Assembly (NCBI GenBank): GCA_963712805.1
Contig: CAVQJV010000003.1
Coordinates: forward strand, 64,979 to 128,978
Length of the DNA: 64,000 nucleotides
Reading direction: 5' to 3'
Source of the DNA: an uncultured Acidobacteriota bacterium
GTDB taxonomy: Bacteria; Acidobacteriota; Thermoanaerobaculia; Thermoanaerobaculales; Sulfomarinibacteraceae
In this document: piece after piece, positions 41,589-50,915 of the stretch
How the letters are laid out: each line of letters starts with the position of its first letter
How positions within the stretch are numbered: the stretch's first letter is position 1
Notes under the pieces: generated by a model
What the model saw: only the letters and a program-made list of their open reading frames with translations
Databases searched by the model: none
What the model was told of the DNA's origin: nothing
Program-made: the position numbers and the translations under genes

Positions 41589-42664
41589 CAGTTCCGATCC
41601 TCCAGGTGGAGCCCGGGCTGCACCGCCTTCGTGGTTTCCGAATATCCGGATATCCGATCCAACGCACCCTCCAGCGTCGCACCGTTCGAGGTGAAGACGC
41701 TTTCCCAGCCCGAGATCTTCTTCTCCAGGCTCGCACGGTTGAGTTCCGGGCTGTAATCGGAAAACGATCGTGGTCCGATCGCTCCTGTTGCATGGATGTC
41801 CAAGATCCGCGCCGGACCGGCGGCGTCCAGATTGAAGTCCGAGAGCCTCAGCTCCTTGGGTTCCGGAGAGTCCTTGGTCCGAAACCGCACGGTTCGGTTG
41901 GTGAGATCACAGACGTAGGACCACTGTGTACCCTCCCATGCCATCTCGTCGACGATCTTCATCCCGTAATCAGTCGGTGACAGGGATGAGTCTCCGCTCT
42001 TGTTGATGAGCGTGGCAGCGTTGACAAAGCGGTCGTCGACATGTGGCGCCTCGGGGTTGGGCGTCAGCGCAGCATCCTTCAAAACAACCGGGTTAGCCCC
42101 GCCAAAACCCTGGTAGGTTTTCAGCAGATCCATTTCGGTCGCGTAGGTCTCGTTGCAGAGAACGGTGATCGGCATGGCCGCACCGAATGTCAGGACGGGT
42201 TTGCCGTCGATGAACTCGATGGCAGCGGTGTTGCCTTCAGCGTCAGCAGCGAAAAAGTGCCAGTTCCAACCATCGATGACCACCTCGCGCGCACTGGCGA
42301 CGACCTGGTCCACCGACTCGAAGCTGTCGAGCAGATATTGCATCCACAACATCATGAAAAATCTCGGTTTGGTGGGATCTTCAGGGTACTTGTTCTCGAC
42401 CAGGGTCATCTCCTGAATGAAGAGCCCTGCCTCATTCATGCCGCCATCGACAAAATCCCGACAGAAGGTGTTGAAGGTGATCGATCCGTATTTGGAGACC
42501 CACGAAAGATGGGGATTGGGAACCGACCGCCCGTACGCCAGTTCGTTCCACGACCGGCTTTCCTTCCAGATCCCCCGATGGTTGATCACCACCACGCCCG
42601 CGGTGAACTTCTGACTGTCGAGATTCCGCCCGGCCACGATGGCGCCGTCTTTTTCAAAGGGTGT
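41588..42664 (-). pseudogene. Choloylglycine-hydrolase-family (Ntn, linear amide C-N) hydrolase lacking its signal peptide and N-terminal Cys nucleophile
   Basis: The frame opens only at ...TPFEKDGAIVAGRNLDSQ.... The family normally has a Cys about 10-15 aa before the GRN(L/M)D motif. A stop lies 3 codons upstream of F, and the sequence beyond is the 5' end of the divergent transposase gene. Confidence 0.7.
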
Positions 42665-43254
42665 TCATCGAGGGCGGGATCTACCACGTTTACTGCCACG
42701 CCGCTCGCGGCGAGGCGGTGTTTGCGGACCAGACGGAGGCGGCTGCGTTCGTCGATATCCTCCAAAAGATCAAGTGCCGGGACAACCTGGTCGTTTTCGC
42801 CTGGGCGCTGATGTCCAACCATTATCACATCGCGTTGCGGGCTGCCGAGGTTCCGTTGTGGCGCAGTATGGCGTCCATTCAGGGGCTGACGACCAAGGGT
42901 TTCAATCGGAGGCATCGGGTGTACGGCCCGCTCTGGCAGGGCAGATACAACTCGAGTGTTGTTGCAGATGAAAGGTACCTCTTCCAGTTGGTCGCGTATG
43001 TTCATCTGAACCCCGTCAGTGCCGGCCTCGTGGATGATCCGGCGAGGTACGAGTGGAGCGGGCACCGCGAGATCATCGGCAGCGACGACCATGCCCTCGT
43101 CGACGCCGATGAAGTGTTGATGATGTACGGCGACAACCGCAGAGCAGCACGAAGGGCGGACATGACGAGCCTGAACACCACGGACACCACCGCGCGGATC
43201 GGCTGTCGAAGCTGGATCAAACCCTTGTTGGTGATGGATGAAGGCGTGAGCTGA
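42661..43254 (+). mobile_element. IS200/RAYT-like Y1 tyrosine transposase gene, apparently 5'-truncated
   Basis: VFIEGGIYHVYCHAARGEAVF...LMSNHYHIAL...LWQGRYNSSVV...YVHLNPVSAGLV.... The usual N-terminal basic segment before GGIYHV is missing. I found no flanking REP or IS ends. Confidence 0.7.
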
Positions 43255-43420
43255 AATCATTGTGATGTTGTGATACCTGGCACGATTCATCTTTCATCCA
43301 GAGTAAAACGCGGCTCGCCACTCGTCAAACGCTGTGACGCCACTCCGAGTTGACACCGTGATCGTCCGGGCCCGGCAATGAAGATGATTCCCGCGAACCG
43401 GTGATACGCGGCCTTCTGAC

Positions 43421-44851
43421 TCAATCCCAAAGATCGCGGGGGTAGTCCTCGTACAACCTCTGGAATCCTCGACGGTACTCGCTTTCCGCCCGCCAGACTT
43501 TCCACAGGTCGCTTGGAACCAAGGGATGGCGATGCTGACGGAGCGGGGTCCTGCGAACTCCCGCCACTGCCTGCTCGGCGAACAGCGTTGCAAAGCGACG
43601 CAGGGGAATCTCGGTGGGAGTGATGGGATGCATACAGTCATGAAGATCGAACGCATTGTCGATCCAGATCCGAGGTTCCGCCTGTCGATAATCCGGTGTG
43701 CCGGGCGACGGCGTGCACACCGTGAAGCTGCTCTGAGCCGGTGGCAGGCGGTTGACGTAGTCCCGTAGTTCTTGGAAGTCGGTCTCCGTGTACTCGGGGT
43801 GGACCATGAATGCCGCATGGACCGCCACCCCCAACCCGCGAAGGGTATCCAGCGCCTTTTCGTTGTGAACGACACTACCGCCCTTCTTGTACTGCTTCAG
43901 TTCTTGGTCGTTGGTGAACTCGAACCCAAGAAACGCGGCGTCAAGCCCGATTTCACGCCATCGCTTGAACAGCTCGGGTGACCGGTTGACTGTCGTGGCG
44001 CGGGTCCACGCGAAATAGCGCTTGCGGATTCCCAGGCCGGCAATGGCCTCCGCCAACTCCCAGGCAAAGCCCTCGTCGATGAAGTTCTCATCGTCACAGA
44101 AGTAGATGTGCTTGGTAGGCGTCTGTGCGATTTCATCGGCGACCAAGGCGGCGGGTCGGGGGCGGTGCTCTCCACCACAGAGAAATGGGACCACGCAGAA
44201 TGTGCACTTCATCCGGCAGCCCCACGACGTACGAACCAGACTCACAGGGGGGAACAGGCGCTCCCACGGCGCCATCTCCTCGCAAGCCCACACCGATCGG
44301 TATCGCTCGGGCTGCCACAGGTCGCGTCGCGGTTTCGGTAGGCTCGCGGGATCCGGGAACCGTGGCCACCCTGCGGCGGCCTCAAGGTTGAAGCGATCAC
44401 CGGTCAATAGGACGTCTGGAATGCCGTCCGGGGGGTCTCCTTTCTCCAGCGAGTCCAAGATCTTCGAAAACGGGCCACAGCCCTCGCCACGGACGATGGC
44501 GTCGATTTCGGGGATATTGAAATCTGACGGGGCTACCGTTGCGTGGTGGCCGCCCACCACAACAAACGCGTCGGGGAGGCAGTCGCTGGTGAGATGCGCC
44601 AGCTGTTTGACGAAAGTCGCCTCATGCGTGTAGCTGGTGAAGCCGACCACGTCGGGTCGAAATCGATGCAGGCAAGCTCGGAGAGCGCGCACCGGATGGC
44701 GGGCAAGCCGAAGATCCAGAACGCGCGCCGCGTGAGGTTCCCGCACGACCGCCGCGATGTACCCAAGCCCGATCGGCTCGAGCCGTTGAAACGCCTCGAG
44801 CCCGAGGATTGTGCGCAGCCGCGCCTTCGGTTTGACCAGCAACACCCGCAT
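43421..44851 (-). CDS. B12-binding-domain radical SAM protein (class B)
   Basis: MRVLLVKPK...DVVGFTSYTHEA...VVVGGHHATV (B12-binding-like N-terminal domain). TSWGCRMKCTFCVVP is the CxxxCxxC motif. Alternative starts at 44866 and 44932. Confidence 0.8.
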   Translation of the reverse strand: MRVLLVKPKARLRTILGLEAFQRLEPIGLGYIAAVVREPHAARVLDLRLARHPVRALRACLHRFRPDVVGFTSYTHEATFVKQLAHLTSDCLPDAFVVVGGHHATVAPSDFNIPEIDAIVRGEGCGPFSKILDSLEKGDPPDGIPDVLLTGDRFNLEAAAGWPRFPDPASLPKPRRDLWQPERYRSVWACEEMAPWERLFPPVSLVRTSWGCRMKCTFCVVPFLCGGEHRPRPAALVADEIAQTPTKHIYFCDDENFIDEGFAWELAEAIAGLGIRKRYFAWTRATTVNRSPELFKRWREIGLDAAFLGFEFTNDQELKQYKKGGSVVHNEKALDTLRGLGVAVHAAFMVHPEYTETDFQELRDYVNRLPPAQSSFTVCTPSPGTPDYRQAEPRIWIDNAFDLHDCMHPITPTEIPLRRFATLFAEQAVAGVRRTPLRQHRHPLVPSDLWKVWRAESEYRRGFQRLYEDYPRDLWD

Positions 44852-44963
44852 GCCAATCCCGATCATACCTGGTTGATTCTGAGGACACGGGGTCCTATGC
44901 CGGTCGCAGCGCTCACGTTCAGGGGGCTTCACTATCGTCCGAGTTTCGCGTTACAGTTGCGGC

Positions 44964-45722
44964 ATGGGCCGAGAAGCCGACTCCAAGCAATCCCCTGTCG
45001 CCCCACATCCGCACCTGCACGCCTATTACTCGGAGGTGGACGATCGACGACGATTCGTGAACCGCCTCTTCGACCGCGGGGCCCGGCATTACACATGGAT
45101 CAACCACGTGATGTCATTTGGCACTGGCGTCTGGTATCGCCGGGAAGCCCTGCTGCGCGCGGGTCTGAAACCGGGGATGCAGGTCCTTGACGTCTGCGTG
45201 GGCAGCGGCCAGGTCGCTCGTGCCGCCCGCGGAGTCGTGGGCACGACGGGAACGGTCGTTGCGCTCGACGCGAGCTTCGGCATGCTCCTGGAAGCACGGA
45301 AGCGTGTCGCCGTTCCTTCGATGCAGGGGCTGGTTGAGGCGATCCCTGTGGTCGACGAGTTCGCGGACTTCGTCACGATGGGCTATGCCCTGCGGCACCT
45401 CGCCGACCTTCGATGTGCGTTCAGCGAGTTCAAGCGCGTGCTGCGGCCTGGCGGCACGCTGTTGATGATCGAGTTCGCTCGGCCGACGTCGCGTGCCGCG
45501 TACCACGCGCTGAAGCTCTACTTGCACTGGATTGTCCCGGGCATCGCACGCCTCGGGAGCCGGGAAGCAGCGACCATGATGCGGTATTTCTGGGACACCA
45601 TCGAAAACTGCGTGCCGCCGCGGATCATCCTCGACACTCTGCAGGAGGTTGGTTTCAAACGGGCAGCCAAGGGCGGGCAGATCGGGCTTCTGGCCGAGTA
45701 CACTGCCCAGAAACCGGTGTGA
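44964..45722 (+). CDS. Class I SAM-dependent methyltransferase, UbiE/COQ5-like
   Basis: ...YTWINHVMSFGTGVWYRREAL...VLDVCVGSGQVA...LRPGGTLLMIEF.... Confidence 0.8.
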   Translation: MGREADSKQSPVAPHPHLHAYYSEVDDRRRFVNRLFDRGARHYTWINHVMSFGTGVWYRREALLRAGLKPGMQVLDVCVGSGQVARAARGVVGTTGTVVALDASFGMLLEARKRVAVPSMQGLVEAIPVVDEFADFVTMGYALRHLADLRCAFSEFKRVLRPGGTLLMIEFARPTSRAAYHALKLYLHWIVPGIARLGSREAATMMRYFWDTIENCVPPRIILDTLQEVGFKRAAKGGQIGLLAEYTAQKPV

Positions 45723-45991
45723 GCCGTGCCCACGAGGTCAAGGCAGTGGCACGGCCTTCAGCCCGCGACGTTCGATTTCATCGAGCAGCTTGGGGAGAAC
45801 CGAGAGGATCATGCGGTCACCCGCCGTGCCAGGGCTGACCGGACCGTCGTACACGAGCGGCTCGATCTGCCTCTGGTTTGACAGAACCTCGAAACTCCAA
45901 ATGATCGGATCACCGTTCATGTGTAGAATAGTGCCTGGCCAGCGTGCAACCGGAGAAGCGGTCTCTCAATTCATAGCGGCAGGAGTAGGCT

Positions 45992-46273
45992 GTGGAAAAG
46001 AACGAACTGCGGGATCAGCTGAAGACCCTGACCATTGAGTCCCTCAACCTGCAGGGAATGACGCCCGACATGATCGCCGACGAAACCCCGCTGTTTGGTG
46101 AGGGTATGGGCCTGGACTCGGTCGACGCACTCGAGCTGGCGGTGGCGGTCGAGAAGAGATTCGGCATCAGGATAGCGGACGAAGCCGCTGCCAGAGAGGC
46201 GTTCGCGTCGATCGCGTCTCTCTCGGCGTTCGTTGAGCAGCGACTGGGACAGGAGCAAGCGCGCTCTGAATGA
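45992..46273 (+). CDS. Acyl carrier protein
   Basis: 93 aa with ...GEGMGLDSVDALELAVAVEKRFG (phosphopantetheine Ser motif). GTG start 6 nt after AGGAG. ATGA overlap with the KS gene. Confidence 0.85.
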   Translation: MEKNELRDQLKTLTIESLNLQGMTPDMIADETPLFGEGMGLDSVDALELAVAVEKRFGIRIADEAAAREAFASIASLSAFVEQRLGQEQARSE

Positions 46274-47502
46274 CCGATCGTCCACGAGTCGTCGTCACAG
46301 GAATCGGCGCAGTCAGCGCCTGGGGCTGGACATCCGGAGACCTTCAGCGGGGACTTCGAACCGGTCAATCGGCGATTTCGGAGCTCACGCTCTTCGACTC
46401 ATCCGCGCAGCGTACCCATCTTGCGGCGGAGGTACCTCCACCGTCTGACAGTCGACCCGCCAGCATCGATGCATCGAGACATCTCTCACGCGCCGATCGG
46501 TTCGCGGTAGCAGCCGCCTCCGAGGCCGTTGACCAGGCCGATCTCTCGCCCTCCATGAATCCCGTAGGCGTGTTCTTCGGCGGCAGCACCGGCGGCATGT
46601 GGGAGTGCGAAGAGTACGTGGCTCGTCTGCTTGGCGTCCGGACTGGTCGCCCGGCCATCGCATGGCTGGCCTCTCAGCAGATCAACTGTCCTGGGGACGC
46701 CGTCGCGAGGCATTTGCGCCTCACCGGGCCGACTCTCACCATATCCTCGGCGTGCGCGTCAGGAACGCTGGCCGTCGGTGCAGCCCTTGACGCGATTCGA
46801 CGCGGTGAGGTCAACGTGGCCATCGCGGGCGGATCGGACGCGCTTTGCATGCTGACATACTCCGGGTTCAACGCCCTGCGCTCAGTCGACCCGGAACCGT
46901 GTCGACCGTTTCGTGCTGATCGCGTCGGGTTGAGCCTCGGTGAAGGCGCGGGTGTGCTGGTCCTGGAGACAGCGCGGTCAGCCGAATCCCGCGGGGCGAA
47001 ACCGCTCGCCGAGCTGCTCGGATGGGGTGCGTCCTGCGACGCGCACCACATGACAGCTCCTCACCCCGAAGGCGAGGGGGCCGCACGCGCCATTGTCGCG
47101 GCTCTTTCGGACGCGGAACTGCAACCCGATGAGATCGGTTTCGTCAACGCCCACGGTACCGGCACGCCCCTCAACGACATCTCCGAGTGCAGAGCACTGC
47201 ACCGGGTGTTCGGCCCGCATGCTTCGGGAATCCCGGTCACCGCAAACAAGGCTTCAGTGGGTCACCAACTCGGCTGCTCAGGGGCGGTCGAGGCCGTCGC
47301 AACGGTGCTTGCTCTCGTACATCGCGAGATCCAGCCGACGGCGGGAGGTGGCGAGGTCGATGGGGAGATCGATCTCGACGTGGTGCTCGAGCACCCACGC
47401 TCGATACCTCCCGGCAGCATCGGCGTCAGCGTGAGCTTCGCCTTTGGAGGGGCATGCGCTGCCGTGATCGTCGCGGACCGGACGATCGGGGCGAGATCAT
47501 GA
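46270..47502 (+). CDS. Beta-ketoacyl-ACP synthase (KAS I/II, KS-alpha-like), catalytic triad present
   Basis: ...TISSACASGTLAVG... (Cys), ...CDAHHMTAP... (His), ...VNAHGTGTPLND... (His), ...KASVGHQLGCSG.... Confidence 0.9.
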   Translation: MTDRPRVVVTGIGAVSAWGWTSGDLQRGLRTGQSAISELTLFDSSAQRTHLAAEVPPPSDSRPASIDASRHLSRADRFAVAAASEAVDQADLSPSMNPVGVFFGGSTGGMWECEEYVARLLGVRTGRPAIAWLASQQINCPGDAVARHLRLTGPTLTISSACASGTLAVGAALDAIRRGEVNVAIAGGSDALCMLTYSGFNALRSVDPEPCRPFRADRVGLSLGEGAGVLVLETARSAESRGAKPLAELLGWGASCDAHHMTAPHPEGEGAARAIVAALSDAELQPDEIGFVNAHGTGTPLNDISECRALHRVFGPHASGIPVTANKASVGHQLGCSGAVEAVATVLALVHREIQPTAGGGEVDGEIDLDVVLEHPRSIPPGSIGVSVSFAFGGACAAVIVADRTIGARS

Positions 47503-48725
47503 GCCACGAGGCCGCGGTCATTACCGGAATCGGTGCTGTGACCGCTGCAGGTTGCGGGATTGCCCGTCTGGCAGAGGTTCTTGGCACGTCACAGGTCATC
47601 ACGACTGAGGTCGATCGATCCGCCGGGTACCACCGAGCAGGATCGGCACGCACTGCGGTGACCGCACTCCACGTCGACACTTCCGAGTGGCTTTCACCGC
47701 TTGCCGGCCGGCGCATGAGTGTGGGTTCGAGATACGCCGTTTCCGCGGCACGAATGGCGGTGGAGTCGGCTGCCGTCGAGCCCGACATCCTGTCTCGCGC
47801 CTCGATCACGAACGGGACCGCATATGGGGCGGCCGAAGTCACCGAGAAGTTGCTTCGTCAGATTCTCCTGGACGGGCCGGAGGCGGCCTCACCGGCGCTG
47901 TTCACCGAGTCGGTTGCCAACGCCCCTGCCGCTCAGGTGGCCATATCTATGGGGGTGAAAGGCCCAAACGTCACGATCACCCAGCGCCAGGCAAGCCCTC
48001 TGCTCGCTTTGGTCGAGGGGGCCGCGATGGTGACCACGGGTCGAACGCCGGTTGGGCTCGTCGGTGCGGTTGACGAGCTGAATCCCCTGCTGCACTCGGT
48101 TCTCGACCGGTTTGGAGCCCTCGCCCGTCCGGACCAGGATGGATGTGAGGTCGCACGGCCGTTCGATGCACGTCGCCGTGGGTTTCTGGCCGGCGACGGC
48201 GCGGCGTTCCTCGTACTGGAGAACAGGACTGCCGCGCGAAGACGCGGCGCCCGGATTCTGTGCCGCGTCGTCACCTGCGGCAGAGGATTCGATCCCGACG
48301 CGCCGCGGGCCGGTTGGGGTCGAGACCCATTCGTGCTTTCGGAGACCGTGTCTCGTCACCTGCATGCTGCCGGGATCAGTGCCGAGCAGATCGACCTGAT
48401 TGTCGCGTCGGGGTGCGGCTCGCCGTCGGCCGACCGAATCGAAGCCCTCGTCTTGAGATCCGTATTCAAGGATCATCCTCTGCCGCCGCTGCTCGCGCCG
48501 AAGTCCGTGACAGGCGATCACGGGGCTGGGTTCCTGGCTGCGTCCGTGCTGGCCGCCTGCGGCTCGCCGTTCGGAGCCACGCCCGGGTTCGAAGAACCGG
48601 ATCCGGAGCTCGGGGTCGTGCCGCATCGAGGTGGTGATCTCCTCTCCCCTCGGCTGACGCTCATCACGAGCTTTGCGGCCGGGGGAGCCGTGGCTTGGGC
48701 TGTCCTGGAGCGCTCCGAAGAATGA
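47499..48725 (+). CDS. KS-like protein lacking the Cys-His-His triad (Cys->Gln); chain-length-factor/KS-beta-like partner
   Basis: GPNVTITQRQASP aligns without gaps to GPTLTISSACASG of the upstream KS, so Q sits at the Cys position. The His positions read GRGFDPDAP and VASGCGSPS. ATGA overlap with the KS gene. Confidence 0.8.
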   Translation: MSHEAAVITGIGAVTAAGCGIARLAEVLGTSQVITTEVDRSAGYHRAGSARTAVTALHVDTSEWLSPLAGRRMSVGSRYAVSAARMAVESAAVEPDILSRASITNGTAYGAAEVTEKLLRQILLDGPEAASPALFTESVANAPAAQVAISMGVKGPNVTITQRQASPLLALVEGAAMVTTGRTPVGLVGAVDELNPLLHSVLDRFGALARPDQDGCEVARPFDARRRGFLAGDGAAFLVLENRTAARRRGARILCRVVTCGRGFDPDAPRAGWGRDPFVLSETVSRHLHAAGISAEQIDLIVASGCGSPSADRIEALVLRSVFKDHPLPPLLAPKSVTGDHGAGFLAASVLAACGSPFGATPGFEEPDPELGVVPHRGGDLLSPRLTLITSFAAGGAVAWAVLERSEE

Positions 48726-48906
48726 CCCGACGTGTGGCTGCTGCGATGCCGGCGTTTCAAGTCGAAGCGCTCGTCGCCGAGGTTGTTCGGCGAACCCTGG
48801 CCGTGCTGCCGGATCTCCTGGTGGTGGTCGTAGATCGGCGCGGCGAATCCCGTCAGCTGACCTCTCTTGCCGTTGCCGTTTGGGCGTGTTGAGAAACCAC
48901 ACATGA
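48722..48906 (+). other. Possible ~60-codon coupling ORF between the CLF-like and KR genes, frame-inconsistent as assembled
   Basis: ATG 48722 overlaps the CLF stop (ATGA) and reads MTRRVAAAMPAFQVEALVAEVVRRTLAVLPD.... A different frame ends at TGA 48904-48906, overlapping the KR ATG (ATGA). No family recognised. Confidence 0.3.
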
Positions 48907-49637
48907 GCGGCGCCACAGATATCACGTTGGTCACTGGGGGCACGAAGGGGATTGGTCGAGCAATCGTCGAGGCCCTCGTGGGGTCAGGCAAGCACGTCGC
49001 GGCCACATGGCGATCTAACGAGGTACTCGCTCGTGAAGTCCAGGAACAAAGCGGTGGTGTCGCTACGGGATTCGCGTGTGATCTTCGGGATCGCAGCCGG
49101 ACGTCATCGGTGGTGGACGAGGTCGAACAGAAGCTTGGGCCGATTGTTGGGCTCGTGAACAACGCGGGCATTTAGGTGAGCACCTTGCTGGCAATGACGA
49201 CCGATGAGACGTGGGACGAGATTGTCGACATCAACCTGGGCGGCGCCTTTCGGGTGACGCGGGAAGTCCTTCGTCACATGGTTTCCCGCCGGCGTGGGGC
49301 GATTGTCAACGTGTCGTCTCTGAGCGCGCTTCACGGCGTTCCGGGGCACGCCGCATACGCGGCGTCGAAGGCGGGCCTCATCGCAATGACACGGTGCGTG
49401 GCGCGCGAGATGGGGCGGCGCAACATCCGCGTCAATGCGGTCATACCCGGATATGTCGCGACGGATATGACCTCGGACCTCCCTGACAGCATTGTTCAAA
49501 CGCTGCGATCCGGCGAGGTCCTGCCGATTGGCACCGACGTGGCATCGGTCGCCGAAGCCGTACCTTTCTTGCTCTCCGATCGCGCCCGGTCCGTTACCGG
49601 GCAGTCGATCATCGTCGATGCCGGAACCACAGCTTGA
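48903..49637 (+). pseudogene. 3-oxoacyl-ACP reductase (FabG-like SDR) with in-frame TAG at 49173-49175
   Basis: MSGATDITLVTGGTKGIGRA...LVNNAGI-TAG-VSTLLAMTTDETWDEIVDINL...SSLSALHGVPGHAAYAASKAG.... It aligns without gaps to NNAGITRDNLLMRMKDEEW of E. coli FabG, and the stop falls on one residue position. Confidence 0.85.
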
Positions 49638-49709
49638 CGGATTCACACGCATTGCCGATGGCGACGTGACTGGCCGCAAAGCGCCACGCCCTGGCTATAC
49701 TCGTGACCG

Positions 49710-50795
49710 ATGAACGTCGCTCCTCCAACCGCTGAGCCGTCCCCGGCCGGCGCGGGCCCGCCGGAGCTGGGGCCGCGCGCAGCGGACCTTCCCCACGCCC
49801 CCGAGGTGGGCTGGGCCAAGCGCCTCCTCGGGCGGTACCACGTCACCGGGGCATTCTGGTTCCGCTTCCACTGGTGGGGGGTATCGATCGTGCCGAAGTG
49901 GGGAGTCGGCGCCCTCGTGGCGCTGTTCACCCCCTTCTTCTTCATCTGCCTGATCAAGGTCCGCCGCGCCATCAGCCGTAACCTCGACGCCGTTCTCGGC
50001 CCCTGCGGCTTCCTCCGCCGGCAGCTCCGGATCTTCCGCACCATGTGGACCTTTGGCTGGACGCTGTCCGAGCGCTACGAGCGCCTGGCCACCGACCGCT
50101 CCTTCCGGATCGACATTGATCTGCCCCGCTGGCTGTCCCTGTTCGAGTCCGGTCACGGCTTCGTGATGGTCACCGCCCACCTGGGAAACTTCGAGGTCGG
50201 CTCCATGCTGCCCGCCTTCGAGGAGGACCGGGAGGTCCACGTGGTGCGCGAGAAGGAGGCCGACCCGGAAGCCCAGCAGTTCATCCAGGAGCTGCTCGTG
50301 CGGGCCGGCGGAACCCGCTACGTCACCCACTTCGAGGGCGAGCACGCACTCCAGGGCGTGGAGCTCGTCCACGTGCTGCGCGACGGTGGCATCGTCGGCG
50401 TCCAGGGGGACCGACCCCGCAGCGGCGGTCGCACCGTGCCGGTGACCCTGTTCGGACGGCCGTTCCCGCTGCCCGCCGGTCCGGCAGCCCTGGCCCGCGC
50501 CGCCGAGGTTCCGCTGGTGCCGATCTTCGTCTTCCGCGTCGCCCGTCTCCACTACCGGATCGAGATCCGCGACCCGATCCCCGTCGACCGCTCCTCGAGC
50601 CGCGAGCGCGACGTGGCTGCGGCGATGGGCAGGGTGGCGGCCGATATCGAGTGGGCGATCCGCCAGCAACCCCACCAGTGGTTCTGCTTCCACGATGTGT
50701 GGCCCAGGAGCGTGCAGGGCACAGGCCCCGGCGCGCGTCCTGATATCGGGTTGCCTCCTTGGCCTCTGCCCTGCACGCTCCTTTCAATGCGCTGA
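49710..50795 (+). CDS. LpxL/HtrB-family (lipid A biosynthesis-type / lysophospholipid) acyltransferase
   Basis: ...RRAISRNLDAVLG...GHGFVMVTAHLGNFEVG (HX4E/D motif) ...GGIVGVQGDRP...GPAALARAAEVPLVPIF...QPHQWFCFHDVW. Confidence 0.75.
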   Translation: MNVAPPTAEPSPAGAGPPELGPRAADLPHAPEVGWAKRLLGRYHVTGAFWFRFHWWGVSIVPKWGVGALVALFTPFFFICLIKVRRAISRNLDAVLGPCGFLRRQLRIFRTMWTFGWTLSERYERLATDRSFRIDIDLPRWLSLFESGHGFVMVTAHLGNFEVGSMLPAFEEDREVHVVREKEADPEAQQFIQELLVRAGGTRYVTHFEGEHALQGVELVHVLRDGGIVGVQGDRPRSGGRTVPVTLFGRPFPLPAGPAALARAAEVPLVPIFVFRVARLHYRIEIRDPIPVDRSSSRERDVAAAMGRVAADIEWAIRQQPHQWFCFHDVWPRSVQGTGPGARPDIGLPPWPLPCTLLSMR

Positions 50796-50806
50796 GCGCA
50801 TCTGGA

Positions 50807-50886
50807 GGAGCCCGTACCGCAGAACCCCACTGACGCGCTGACAAGACAACGAAGAGCTCTGAATTGGGCGATGCGGTACGGGCTCC
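50807..50886. terminator. Perfect 15-bp inverted repeat with a 50-nt spacer between convergent operons; candidate bidirectional terminator or structured RNA
   Basis: ggagcccgtaccgca (50807-50821) and tgcggtacgggctcc (50872-50886) are exact reverse complements. There is no U-tract. Confidence 0.35.
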
Positions 50887-50915
50887 CAGCCCTCGGCGGG
50901 CCGGGGTGGGCTCCA

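Noticed and set aside
45738-45920. 60-aa minus-strand ORF (…VLPKLLDEIERRGLKAVPLP) resembling the C-terminal tail of a polysaccharide deacetylase.
   Set aside because: The similarity rests on about 20 residues recalled from memory, with no catalytic motifs. It could be a remnant or just noise, so it is not reported as a feature.
45878-45929. Sigma70-like promoter for the ACP operon: TTGACA at 45878-45883 and TAGAAT at 45924-45929.
   Set aside because: The spacer is 40 bp, far from the 16-18 bp needed. The individual hexamers are likely chance matches.
3394-49175. UAG recoding (pyrrolysine or other) as the explanation for the in-frame TAGs, given the two MttB-family genes.
   Set aside because: Neither MttB homolog has an in-frame TAG. 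TAG is used as the genuine stop of at least four genes in the window. The two TAGs replace different, unrelated residue positions. No pyl genes are visible here.
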